Notes: generated by a model from the sequence alone, not told the origin. Shown: positions 48,769 through 59,250, counted from the first letter of the whole stretch. The stretch: 62,800 nt of DNA, filler included, from Aduncisulcus paluster (GCA_024181965.1; 8 parts of 8 records of this genome joined end to end with filler, not necessarily neighbours in it); one strand, 5' to 3'. A program made the numbers and translations.

Positions 48769-51700
48769 ATGAAATTGAAATTTAGTGGCTATGAGATATC
48801 TGCTGTTGTTAGGGATCTTCGACATTTGTTGATTAATTCAAGATTAGCGAATGCTTATACGATTGATTCGAAACATTTTTTGCTTAAATTTTCTTTGTCA
48901 GCGACAAACGTTGAAGCAAAGTATGCTGCCGAACGTCGTGACCGTGATGGTAAGACTCTCTATGAAGATGACCAATCCTGGATGAAAAACCTCGATACTA
49001 TTATTGAAACATCCAAATCTCCCACAAAAGATCTTGAAAAAACAACGATTCAAGCGATAGAAAGGACAGGTGCCCACGGAGTTCGTTCACTTCTTGATGA
49101 TTCCGAATCTCTTGAGTTATCCATTCCACGAGCAACTCCTACTATCAGTGTTAGTGATGTATCATCAAATGAAATCGTCAATGAGACAGTTTTTGTGCAG
49201 ATTGGTCCCGATCGTATTCATACGACTCGATATGCGCCTCCTCACTCCAAAAACCCGTCACCTTTCATGCGAAAAGTGCGATCTCTCGCCACCCTACGTG
49301 TTGAGAATATCATTCAGCTTGGAAAAGATAGAATTATTGATTTTATCTTTGGTGTTGGTGAGAAGACTCATCACCTTATCGTTGAGCTCTATAGTAGAGG
49401 AAATCTCATTCTCTGCAAAGAAACATCTCTATCTTCCTTCCAACGTTCACTTGTACCCGCTGATCTTCCCCTCTCTGGACAAACTACGACTGGACAGACA
49501 AGATCCAGTCACCCATCTGTTTCTTCCTCCCTTCTCTCTGGTTCTTCTTCTTCTAGCACTTCTGTAGAAAGCATGGAACCANNNNNNNNNNNNNNNNNNN
49601 NATTTTATCTTTGGTGTTGGTGAGAAGACTCATCACCTTATCGTTGAGCTCTGTAGTAGAGGAAATCTCATTCTCTGCAAAGAAACATCTCTATCTTCCT
49701 TCCAACGTTCACTTGTACCCGCTGATCTTCCCCTCTCTGGACAAACTACGACTGGACAGACAAGATCCAGTCACCCATCTGTTTCTTCCTCCCTTCTCTC
49801 TGGTTCTTCTTCTTCTAGCACTTCTGTAGAAAGCATGGAACCAACATCTTCCTCCTCATGTGGTCCTGATCACCATCAATCTCCAAAGTGGTTCAGGATA
49901 ATTGCTATGTCTCGGAAACGTCCTGGATTAGCCATAAATCAAGCATATGTTGCTGAACAATTGAAAGTCAACAGGATTCTTCCATCACCTTCCCTCTTGA
50001 GAAAGTTGGTTCGAGATGAAGAAGAGAAGACCAAACAATCATCGGATAAATCCCATCCAACTGGCGATTCTTCTCTTTCTGGCAAGAAGAATGCCGGAAA
50101 AGCCAAGAAATCCATAAAGAAGAAAGGGAAATCAACACATTACACTGCCCCAACAAACCCCAAAAAGAAGAAATCTGTTAGTTACAGACAGTTATTGGCC
50201 AGTGTGTTTGATATTGGATCCGCATGTGTTTCTTATGCTTTTCGACTATGTGGTTTGAATGCAAACAGTAAGATACACTCTCACGTTCTCCAAGAAGATA
50301 TTTGGGAAGATATGAAGAGGAAGAGGAAAGAAGCAGAAGCAGAAGAAGCAGAAGCAGAAGAAGCAGATAGACCACTGATGACGCCTTCACAGAACATTGA
50401 ACGTCTGTGTTGTGTGCTGTTATGTATGTGTATTCGTGCTGAAAGAGCTTGTAAAGGTGTCGTATGTGGCCAAGGATTTTGTTATTATAATTCAACCATA
50501 GGAGAACTCACCCAACCAGAGGAAGGAAAGGAAGTCAAACATTCAGAAGGAAAAGAAGAGGAAGAGAAACATTCAGAAGGAAAAGATATGATTGAGGAAT
50601 CGCTATGTCAGCTCAGGTTACTCCCTTCACATGCTGGTGCCATTCAAAGTGTTGGTGAAGTGCTGTACCGTCATATTCAAGAATTCTCTTCTTTCCCTCT
50701 TCCTTTGTCCATCGAGGAGTGTATTGAAGAAGTGACACATTGGAGAGAAGAATTGTCTACAACTTGTGAAGCTGAACAACAAAAGAAAACCTCCGATACA
50801 GAAGCAAAAGTGGAGCAAGCTCAGCAAGACCAAGACCAACAAGAAGAACAAGATGATGATGACATTTCAAGGCTTGAGCATCAGAGAGACAGAGTCGAAC
50901 CTGTAAAACCAGTATTGCTTGAAGATTCCCCCCTTTCCTTCCCTCTTCCAACGCTTGTGCATTGTGTTCCACAGTACAGCGTCACATCGACGGTTATTAT
51001 CACCTCTTTCTCACAAGCTGTTGATGAATATTTCGCTATTATTGAAGCAGGTAAACAATCTCAGCAGTTGAATTCAAACCTTAAAAATGCCCAAAGGAAG
51101 TATGATAAGATATATGGGGATTTTGAAGTTCGTTCATCATCTTTGCGTTCAAAAGGACTTGAATTGCGCACTGCAGCATCTATTATTGGATTTAAGAGTG
51201 ATTTTGTTGAGTCTGTCCTTTCTTCGGGTCGGGATATTCTGACATTTACGGGCGGAAGTGGAGATGATGTTAGTCACGAACTTAAGAAACGCCGTTTGCA
51301 GATTGTGAAAGACAAGAAAAATGGTCTTGTGATTCATGCCTCAAAAGAACCAGTAATCTATTTGAATCAGATCCACACTGAAATAGATACCAAACCCATG
51401 TTGGTTCGGGTTGGAATCCCAATCAGAGATGCCTATGAATGTATTAAGGGGGTTATTAAGCGTGAAATACATCAGCGGTTGGAGCTCATGAAGAAAGATC
51501 TTGGTCTCCCTTGTGATATTGGAGAAATCAACACATGGAGTCTATTATTTGGATGGACATGCAAACTACAAGAAGAGGAAGAAGAGGAAGAGAAAGAAGA
51601 AGAAGAGGAGAAAGGAGAAGAGGAAGAGGAGGAGGAGGAAGAAGAAGAGGAAGAGGAAGAGGAAGAAGAGGATGTATCGCTCAAAACAGATGAAGAGGTC

Positions 51701-51825
51701 AATAATATTCTTGAGAAAGTCTTGAACAAGCTATATTTAATCACTGATGAATCATCTGGTGGTGACCACCAGGATAAAAAGAAAGAGAGAAGAAGGACCT
51801 CAAAGAAAGACATGAAAGATGGCGG
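48769..51825 (+). CDS. NEMF: Ribosome quality-control factor NEMF/Rqc2 (NFACT family), 3'-truncated, with a duplicated scaffold overlap
   Basis: MKLKFSGYEISAVVRDL..RLANAYTIDSKHFLLKF, RIHTT..PSPFMRKVR, QLGKDRIIDFIFG..HLIVELYSRGNLIL and SFSQAVDEYF. About 49341-49581 is repeated at 49603-49842. Confidence 0.85.
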
Positions 51826-51927
51826 NNNNNNNNNNNNNNNNNNNNNNNNNNNNNNNNNNNNNNNNNNNNTTAATTAATTAANNNNNNNNNNNNNNNNNNN
51901 NNNNNNNNNNNNNNNNNNNNNNNNNGA

Positions 51928-52356
51928 GTTATAGTTGGTCAGCTAGTTTGGTTAGTGAGAGAAACTAGCAGAATAATGGGAAAGAATGTAACGAGAAACA
52001 TGGGTCCGTTCAAGGTCGTGGAAGTAGAAGATGATTTCTTTTGCTGGATTGAAAGCTTGGACAAAAGAAGAAGATTCAGAACCCATATTTCCCGTCTAAG
52101 ATTATGTGACCAAGGAACAGCATCGGATTCTGAGCTGTTAAATTTATCAGGAAAGGATGGTGAGTTATATGAAGTCGAGTCAATCAAAGCCCACGGAAAA
52201 GTCGGTAAGATTATGAAATTCAAGGTTCACTGGAAAGATTACAGTGAAGAAGATGAGACCTGGGAAGAGTTTGAGAATGTCAAGGACACAGAAGCCTTCG
52301 AAAGGTATCTTGACATTGTCCCAGGACTTAGAGAAGAATTGGGTTTGGAAGATTGA
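51928..52356 (+). mobile_element. Ty3/Gypsy chromovirus integrase C-terminus (GPY/F domain plus chromodomain)
   Basis: VGQLVWLV..MGPFKVVE..THISRLR, followed by YEVESIKAH..FKVHWKDYSEEDETWEEFENV. Confidence 0.85.
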
Positions 52357-52374
52357 GCGATTTAATCGCCCATT

Positions 52375-52460
52375 GGTGGGGGAATGTAATAATAATAAAT
52401 TTTACTCACGAATTTATTTATATTTTTATTTTATCATAGTAATATTACTTTTATCATAGG
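52375..52460 (+). mobile_element. Polypurine tract and start of the 3' LTR
   Basis: GGTGGGGGAA (52375-52384) immediately followed by TGTAAT at 52385, about 20 nt after the integrase stop. Confidence 0.6.
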
Positions 52461-53603
52461 CATTAACATCCTAGGAATTGTGATAAAAACATATAATTCC
52501 ATTTTTGCTCTCGATTATGTTAATATATCAGCTATAAAAACATCTCTTCCCAAACAACATGAAATAAGTTCTGATCTAAAACCATCTAAAAATGAAGGGA
52601 GATCATGTGGTAAAAAATTTATTGGAAAAACACATTCTCCTATATTACCCCTGTCAAAAATGTCAATGGTATTTAGAAAATCGTCCCCTTTTGAACCCCA
52701 CACAGAAACATTCAGCGTAGGTAGTCCACCTGAAGATACAGAAAGAGCCTTAAGCGTTTCTTTCTTAACATACGGTTCCTTCTTAATCACATCACCTTTT
52801 GAAACAGGTGTCCTAGTGTCACTAGGTTTAAATTTGTTTTGAAACCTGTCAAAACTTCTTGGTTTTGGAGTAAAACATACGTTTACGAAATCTATCAGAC
52901 CATTCCTTTCTTTTAGGTTGGAAATCTCTTTTTAACTTCATTTGAGGTTTCTTAAAGGATTTTTCTTCAGCATAATATTCTTTAGCGTCAGTAATAGCTT
53001 CCTTTAAATCAATTAATTCCTCAAAAGCGACTGATACCACTTCATCCAAATCTTCAGTATCTTTCTTTTTAACTTCCCAATGCACGCGAGTTCTCAATCT
53101 TTTAGAATATAACCCAGAAATAAATCTCTTACAAATTTCTGACTTCAACGTATCTAATCCAGCAGCAGCATCGACGACAGCAACAAACTCGCTTGCGTAG
53201 GTGGTCAGGGAAGTTTCATTCAATGTATGATTCATTTTAATTTCTTTAAGCTGGTCCCATAGCTTAAGGGCAGTGGACGCTCCGGACAAAGATAATTCCT
53301 TCACGAATTTTTCATCGGTATCAGTGTCCTTTCCTTTTAATCTAATTTTCAAAATACGTAAAATATCGGGTCTCACAAAGGTAGTAATAGCTTGTTTTCC
53401 ACCTTTAGATTTGTATTGTACAAATTGATCCTTCAGTTTGAGGATATCCTTTCGAATATAGGTTGACAAAACGTCAACTGTTGGTAAATCGATTGTTAAT
53501 ACCATTGGTAGTGAATTCACTGTGCCAATTAACAATAAACTTTTATGGTGAGGCCAATTTATTAGTTTTAGTGAGATATAAAGTCACATATCTTGACATG
53601 ACA
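52460..53603 (-). mobile_element. LTR-retrotransposon gag and degenerate protease fragment, in the opposite orientation
   Basis: Gag-like ORF (ATG 53505; ETSLTTYASEF, CKRFISGL) ends TTT TGA at 52854-52849. The +1 frame continues to IDIFDRGN (degenerate D-T/S-G) and an in-frame stop at 52515. Confidence 0.65.
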
Positions 53604-53763
53604 NNNNNNNNNNNNNNNNNNNNNNNNNNNNNNNNNNNNNNNNNNNNTTAATTAATTAANNNNNNNNNNNNNNNNNNNNNNNNNNNNNNNNNNNNNNNNN
53701 NNNGTTCTATTTTTAGAACAAGGGTGAAAACATTCAGGAACCGTCACTTTGTGCTTATTTAAT

Positions 53764-53821
53764 CTAATTATCGACTGCATAGTTGTTTCCTTCGGTGGAA
53801 AACTATGCAGTCGATAATTAG
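53764..53821 (+). repeat. Perfect 21-bp inverted repeat (hairpin) with a cUUCGg loop
   Basis: CTAATTATCGACTGCATAGTT (53764-53784) and AACTATGCAGTCGATAATTAG (53801-53821), with spacer GTTTCCTTCGGTGGAA. Confidence 0.9.
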
Positions 53822-54470
53822 GGCCGGAGAAGCACAAAGTAAACAATCACAAAACAAACCGAGGACAAATCGACGTTTTAATAGCCATACAGGCAGGAGA
53901 GACACCCTTTCGGTGATATTATATACGGATAAGAATAGACATGAGAAACAATCGAGAGTCAAGAGTAGAAAGGCCATAACTCTCTGATTATCTCGAGATC
54001 ATCTGGATTTCAGGCTCAAACGACGGATCCTGACGGTGAATCGGGTGGTTATGCCGACGAACCGTAATCGCCGAAAACAAGGCTCTATGAACGCAGAAAA
54101 TTAAGGGAATATTACGTAAACCCTCCAAGAGGTCGATCAACGCCAGCAAAACAAGTCGAACAAAAGGACACGAGAGTGATCCTGAACTCGGAACATAAAA
54201 GAGATAATGACAGACGATTTCACAATGATAGATACGCGAAACTTAACTCTAATTCGGTTAGAGTGGGTTTCTGCAACTAATATACCAATAATAATTCTTA
54301 ACGCAACGAAATTTAGATTGAAATAAATAAGCTACTACGGAATCATCAATGAGGCCCCATAAGCCTCATATTATTTTCTTATTACAGCAAAACTTTAATT
54401 CTATTACTATTATATCGTTTAGATATCTCATCCTTCACTTACCTCATGTTGAGTTAACAAGTCGTAAAAT

Positions 54471-54543
54471 CGCCCACCGTGGGGCTCGAACCCACGACCG
54501 TTCGGTTAAGAGCCGAACGCTCTACCGACTGAGCTAGGTAGGC
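54471..54543 (-). tRNA. tRNA-Lys(CTT)
   Basis: GCCTACCTAGCTCAGTCGGTAGAGCGTTCGGCT-CTT-AACCGAACGGTCGTGGGTTCGAGCCCCACGGTGGGCG is a 73-nt cloverleaf with A/B boxes, followed by a TTTT terminator. Confidence 0.97.
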
Positions 54544-55211
54544 ATAATCAAGAATTACTGGAAAATACAGCAAAAAATATCGAAACGATGATCTCCTTTA
54601 GAAATGGTGTTTTATGCAAGAATATTGTTGTATTTATTCTAGTGTTCAAGCTACAACCTAATAAATTGATGATACGTTTTAGAATTTGTTGTTTTGATCT
54701 ATTTTTAGAATATCTATTTTTAGATTTTGCTCTTCTCTTTTGTTCTTTTGAAGTTAGGATTTTAAAAATGTTTTCCAAATGTTTAGAATTGGCATGAATA
54801 GAATGAAGTTTGTGATTTTGTTGGAAAAGCAACAAGATTTGTTTATTGAGGTCAAATTAACCAAAAACAAATTAGAATATACAGGATTTGGTTGAAAATA
54901 ATTGGTCAATATCATGAATTTTTTTTTTGATTTTCTAAAAACAGATGTTCTAAAAATAGAATCGTGTTTTTGAAATCTCATTTTTTTCAGCTAAATTTTA
55001 GTTTCAAGTTCGCATTTTGATTGTTCTGTTTTAACCAGGCATATCAATAAACTCGAGCTTTAACAATGGATGTATTATAGTCCTTTTTGACACACACAAG
55101 TATTTTGCAGATTTCTTATAAACAAATTATTCCGTAAAATGTTATAATATTCCACTCTTGATTATGATTTCCTTCTCTACTTTCTTTAACTTAAAGACTT
55201 TATGAATTTCA

Positions 55212-57785
55212 TCACCGACTCTGATCCCAACCTTCCTCATGATGGACCCCATCAAGACCATGTCCTCCATCAAGGACTCCAACAGAGCCACCATTCTTCA
55301 TACGTTGCTCATGGATAATGTCTTCAATGCTTGGACAATCAAAATCATCGCCAAGTTTGGGCAATAAATCCGTTTTAATGGATTGAACCCTTTCACGAGC
55401 TTGGTGCACACTCATACGTTTGTCTACGTCAAGGATAGTGAGACCCATGAACACCTCGTTCAATACTGTATGAACGGACTTATACTTACCATCATCAATG
55501 GTCAAAAGTGTTTTGAAAAGGGGAGATTCTATGATGGTTGGACACAAAGAATTCTTCAAAAGATATGAAAGCTCCTTAACGAATTCTGAGGGACTTCCAG
55601 CCCATTGTAAGGAAGGGATCTGATCAAAAGGATCACAACACAAGAAGAGAGCAAACATTGATATTCCAAGAGAGTAAGCATCACTCTTTTGACTATGAAG
55701 ACCCCGAAGAGCTTCATAGGAGTTGTAAACAAGAGTGCCACAAATGGAACGCTTGGGTTTAGGGGTCGATTCTTTCTTGTCCGATTTAGTTGAGTGATAT
55801 GAAGAAGAGACATCAATAAAATTCTTGGAAGATGCAGAGTGAGAGATCGAATCCTTGATCTGAACTAAGCCAAGATCAGCAAGTACAACAACACATTCTC
55901 CATCTTTGGGATCAATACGAACAAGGAAATTGTCAGGTTTGATGTCGCGGTGGAGGAGTTGTTTCTTCGCCTTAAACACATCATCAAGACACTCAATCAT
56001 GCCAACACATAAGGCCGCCACTTTCACAGGGTTCAGTGTCATGGGGTCAAATGGACTGGATGTATCATCTGTCTCTTCAGAATCATCAGAGTATTCACTA
56101 TCCTCAGTACTCACATACTTTCCATCAGCACACCAACGCTTGGCAAACGCACTCACACTGCCTCCAACACAGAACTCCATCAGGAAGCCATATACCCCTT
56201 TCATATCATCATCAAGCAGGTCAAGGATATACAGAGGACGTGGAATACGGTTGAAACATTTGGGATTATTAAACAACTTGAGTTGCACTTTAAACTCCTT
56301 CCGACACCCTTGCACAACAGTTTTGTCCGCAACCCGAAGCATCTTCTTCAGAACACATGGGAAAGGAATGCCATCAATAAGAACAAGAAGAACTTCTCCG
56401 AATCCACCACTGCCAATGATGCACTGTGAAGTCAGCGTGGATGCAGATGTCAGGGTTAGCGAGTCGTGCTTGGGGTTATACTTGGGTTTGCCATCCTTGG
56501 GGTTAGGTTTCTTTTTATCCTTGGGTTTCTTCTGTTTGGTGTCTTTTGGTGTTGGATTCTTATCATTTCCTTTAATAACAATTTCTTTCACAGGTTTTGA
56601 TGGCAAAGACAAAGTTGATGTGGGTGTCTGGGAGAAACTGGAAGGAACAGGAACAGGAGTAAGAAGAGGAGGAGAGGTGGGAATATCATCACCTCGAAGG
56701 AAAACAAGGGAGGGGATAATGAAATCTCGACTATTCTTATCACACCACCTTCCTTTCCCTTCAATCTCACACAATACAACATTATCCAAATCAATAGGAA
56801 GGAAGTGCCATTCAAATCCATGTTTGGGTTCTGTGAATTCATACTTCTTGGATGTCTTCTTACCATCACAATCAGTGAAAGTGAAGAGAAGAGAGGGTGA
56901 ACTATGTAACATATTCACACAGATATAAGCAGCTTTCATTGTACTAAGTGATGGGAAAGGGATAGAAAGATGGGATAAGTAAACGTCATCTTCCCCTTTT
57001 AACATTCTTTGTGCTCCTGAACTCTTATCATACCCCTTAGATTCCTTACTCCTCGAATCATTCTTGCACTTAACCATTGAGAATGAAGGAGCTACAAGCT
57101 TTGGATCATCTCGTGGAATGGGAATAGAATATCTTCCTCCTTCCTTAACAAACTCGGGTCTCACAATTGGAGCTTCAGACCATAGTTTCTCTCTGGCTTC
57201 ACGAGATGTGATTTCTTCAGGAGTTTCTTCTCTACTAATGAAAACAAGGGATCGGATATTAAAACACTCTCCATATCTTCCTTTCCCTGTAATCTCACAC
57301 AGAACAACATCAGGGAGATCAACAGGAAGGAAATACCAATGATAGCCTTTAAATCCAGGAAACTCGAATTTCTTGGATGTTTTATCACCCTTTGAAGATG
57401 TGAGGGTGAAGATAAGGTGTGATGGAGGAGCCCGATAATCCCACAGACAGATATAAGCCCCTTTCATTGAGGAAGATGAAGAGAAAGGAATGGAGATATG
57501 GGTAAAATGTCCATCATTACCCTCTCCTCTCATCATCTTTTGTGCATTAGAACTCTGGTCGTACCCATATTTACCTTCTTCCTTGGTTCCATTAATTGCT
57601 TTGATTGTTGGAAACTCTGCACTCTTAATATTTAGGGAATCTCCAGGAATTGGACAACAACCCTCACTTCCTTCATGAATAAACATAGGTTCCACAGTTT
57701 GAATAACAGGGTCTGCGAATGAACTCATTTGAATAGCGATAGAATAGTTATTTCCTCGATGAATAACACTTTCAGTTGAACCCAT
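55212..57785 (-). CDS. Protein kinase with two N-terminal uncharacterised repeat domains and a putative N-myristoylation signal
   Basis: MGSTES start, two ~165-aa domains as in 39781-40863, a P/K-rich linker, then IGSGGFGEV, VLKKM, HRDIKPDN, ADLGL, CGTLVYNSYE and DAYSLG. Confidence 0.9.
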   Translation of the reverse strand: MGSTESVIHRGNNYSIAIQMSSFADPVIQTVEPMFIHEGSEGCCPIPGDSLNIKSAEFPTIKAINGTKEEGKYGYDQSSNAQKMMRGEGNDGHFTHISIPFSSSSSMKGAYICLWDYRAPPSHLIFTLTSSKGDKTSKKFEFPGFKGYHWYFLPVDLPDVVLCEITGKGRYGECFNIRSLVFISREETPEEITSREAREKLWSEAPIVRPEFVKEGGRYSIPIPRDDPKLVAPSFSMVKCKNDSRSKESKGYDKSSGAQRMLKGEDDVYLSHLSIPFPSLSTMKAAYICVNMLHSSPSLLFTFTDCDGKKTSKKYEFTEPKHGFEWHFLPIDLDNVVLCEIEGKGRWCDKNSRDFIIPSLVFLRGDDIPTSPPLLTPVPVPSSFSQTPTSTLSLPSKPVKEIVIKGNDKNPTPKDTKQKKPKDKKKPNPKDGKPKYNPKHDSLTLTSASTLTSQCIIGSGGFGEVLLVLIDGIPFPCVLKKMLRVADKTVVQGCRKEFKVQLKLFNNPKCFNRIPRPLYILDLLDDDMKGVYGFLMEFCVGGSVSAFAKRWCADGKYVSTEDSEYSDDSEETDDTSSPFDPMTLNPVKVAALCVGMIECLDDVFKAKKQLLHRDIKPDNFLVRIDPKDGECVVVLADLGLVQIKDSISHSASSKNFIDVSSSYHSTKSDKKESTPKPKRSICGTLVYNSYEALRGLHSQKSDAYSLGISMFALFLCCDPFDQIPSLQWAGSPSEFVKELSYLLKNSLCPTIIESPLFKTLLTIDDGKYKSVHTVLNEVFMGLTILDVDKRMSVHQARERVQSIKTDLLPKLGDDFDCPSIEDIIHEQRMKNGGSVGVLDGGHGLDGVHHEEGWDQSR

Positions 57786-58671
57786 TTGAATAGAGATAGA
57801 AATTCTTATCTAAAAAATAAAAAAAAGCAGAATAATAATAATATTTGTGAACAAACAGAATAATCGCGAATTTCAAGGAGAACAGTCCGAGAAACAAAGA
57901 CTAAACTAAAAAAACGAACAGAACGAAAAAGAAACGACCACAGAGCACAATATAGTTAGTATAATTGAATGAATCCGGTTAAAATATTTCTTAATATACA
58001 TTTAATAAAGGATGTGACATATAGTAAACATACTATTTGCTTGTAAGACGAAAAAAAATGGAGGACTGAACAAGCAACCCTTCAATAGATAAGATTGGAA
58101 AATTAAAAAAACACATATAAACGAGTTAAATGCCGGTAAATGATAAAAACATGTTTTATTTTCATTTCCATGTCATGGTGTTTATTCTCGATATCTCAGG
58201 CTTTTGGAGAACCCTCAGGACTGGATATAGTTCCATTTCACGTGTTAAGAACATTTATGAACGATTTCAATGCTATTCAATAACATGGATATATTTCCAT
58301 TTCATTTCTATCCTTATCCTTGCCTTTCTGTCATTTTCACTTGCTTTTGCCTAAAATCAAAAATATCATGAACTCGGAATACGATGGTATACATATGTCT
58401 GTATACTTCTACGAATCTAATCCCCTGATGCTTCATGGAACACGACATTTCCTCCCCCCCCCCAACTCCAATTCCAATGCCTGATCTAATACTGAGATTT
58501 GTGCTCTGTGTTCCTTGTCTTTGGAATGGAGCATCTGTCATATGTCAAATCTCTAGCATGAAGAAATAGNNNNNNNNNNNNNNNNNNNNNNNNNNNNNNN
58601 NNNNNNNNNNNNNTTAATTAATTAANNNNNNNNNNNNNNNNNNNNNNNNNNNNNNNNNNNNNNNNNNNNGG

Positions 58672-59250
58672 GACAATGCTGTTCCTTGCAGTGGGCATGG
58701 GAAGTGTGAGTTACTTGGATCTTCTGCCATATGTCTGTGTGATCAGCCCCATGCAGATTATTATGACAAGTACATTGGTGATGTGTGTCAATATCTCTGT
58801 CCAAGGTATGGGGACGATGCTGTGTGTGACGACCATGGATTGTGCACCATTGATGATAACTCGGATCAGGCCGTGTGTTCATGTGAATCGGGGTATGTTG
58901 GATCCTGGTGCCAGAGTCAGTGTCAATGTGACAATGATCATGGATATTGCTACGAATCAACACCTGGAAGCTACTCGAGTCAGGCTCTATGCAACTGCTC
59001 TTTCTTTTTCTCTGCTAACAATCACTGCTCTTCATGGAATTATTTCCACGTTTCCCTCATCATTTTGGTCGTCCTGATTGTGCTCGCTTGTGTTGTCATA
59101 TCTTCCGTTCTGTGTGTTCGAAAGTTCAGGCCAGCGAATGAAATTGATAACACCATCGATGATGAACAGTTCAATTTGTTGAGTGACCCATCAGACTCCG
59201 ATCCATCAGAGTATTCGTGTGATATCCTGATAATCGGGGATCATAATTGA
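58672..59250 (+). CDS. Tenascin/EGF-like repeat single-pass membrane protein (5'-truncated)
   Basis: CSGHGKC..CLC, CDDHGLC..CSCESGYVGSWC, a TM segment VSLIILVVLIVLACVVISSVLCV, then RK and an acidic tail with EQFNLL. Confidence 0.8.
   Translation, partial: DNAVPCSGHGKCELLGSSAICLCDQPHADYYDKYIGDVCQYLCPRYGDDAVCDDHGLCTIDDNSDQAVCSCESGYVGSWCQSQCQCDNDHGYCYESTPGSYSSQALCNCSFFFSANNHCSSWNYFHVSLIILVVLIVLACVVISSVLCVRKFRPANEIDNTIDDEQFNLLSDPSDSDPSEYSCDILIIGDHN

Noticed and set aside
54018..54100. Fragments resembling 5.8S rRNA (ACGGATC, GGCTCT, GAACGCAG) or a ribozyme
   Set aside because: Spacing does not fit 5.8S, and no hammerhead CUGANGA/GAAA, twister or HDV core was found.
54116..54125. TAAACCCT as a telomerase RNA template
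   Set aside because: Only one TTTAGGG repeat plus 1 nt, and the host telomere repeat is unknown; insufficient support.
54437..54445. ACTTACCT, resembling the U1 snRNA 5' end
   Set aside because: Only about 30 nt before the tRNA, with no U1 stem-loops or Sm site following.
55906..56928. 340-aa antisense ORF (and others such as 34124-34702, 42623-43474, 9722-10255)
   Set aside because: Shadow ORFs of real genes or of low-complexity tracts, with no independent motifs.
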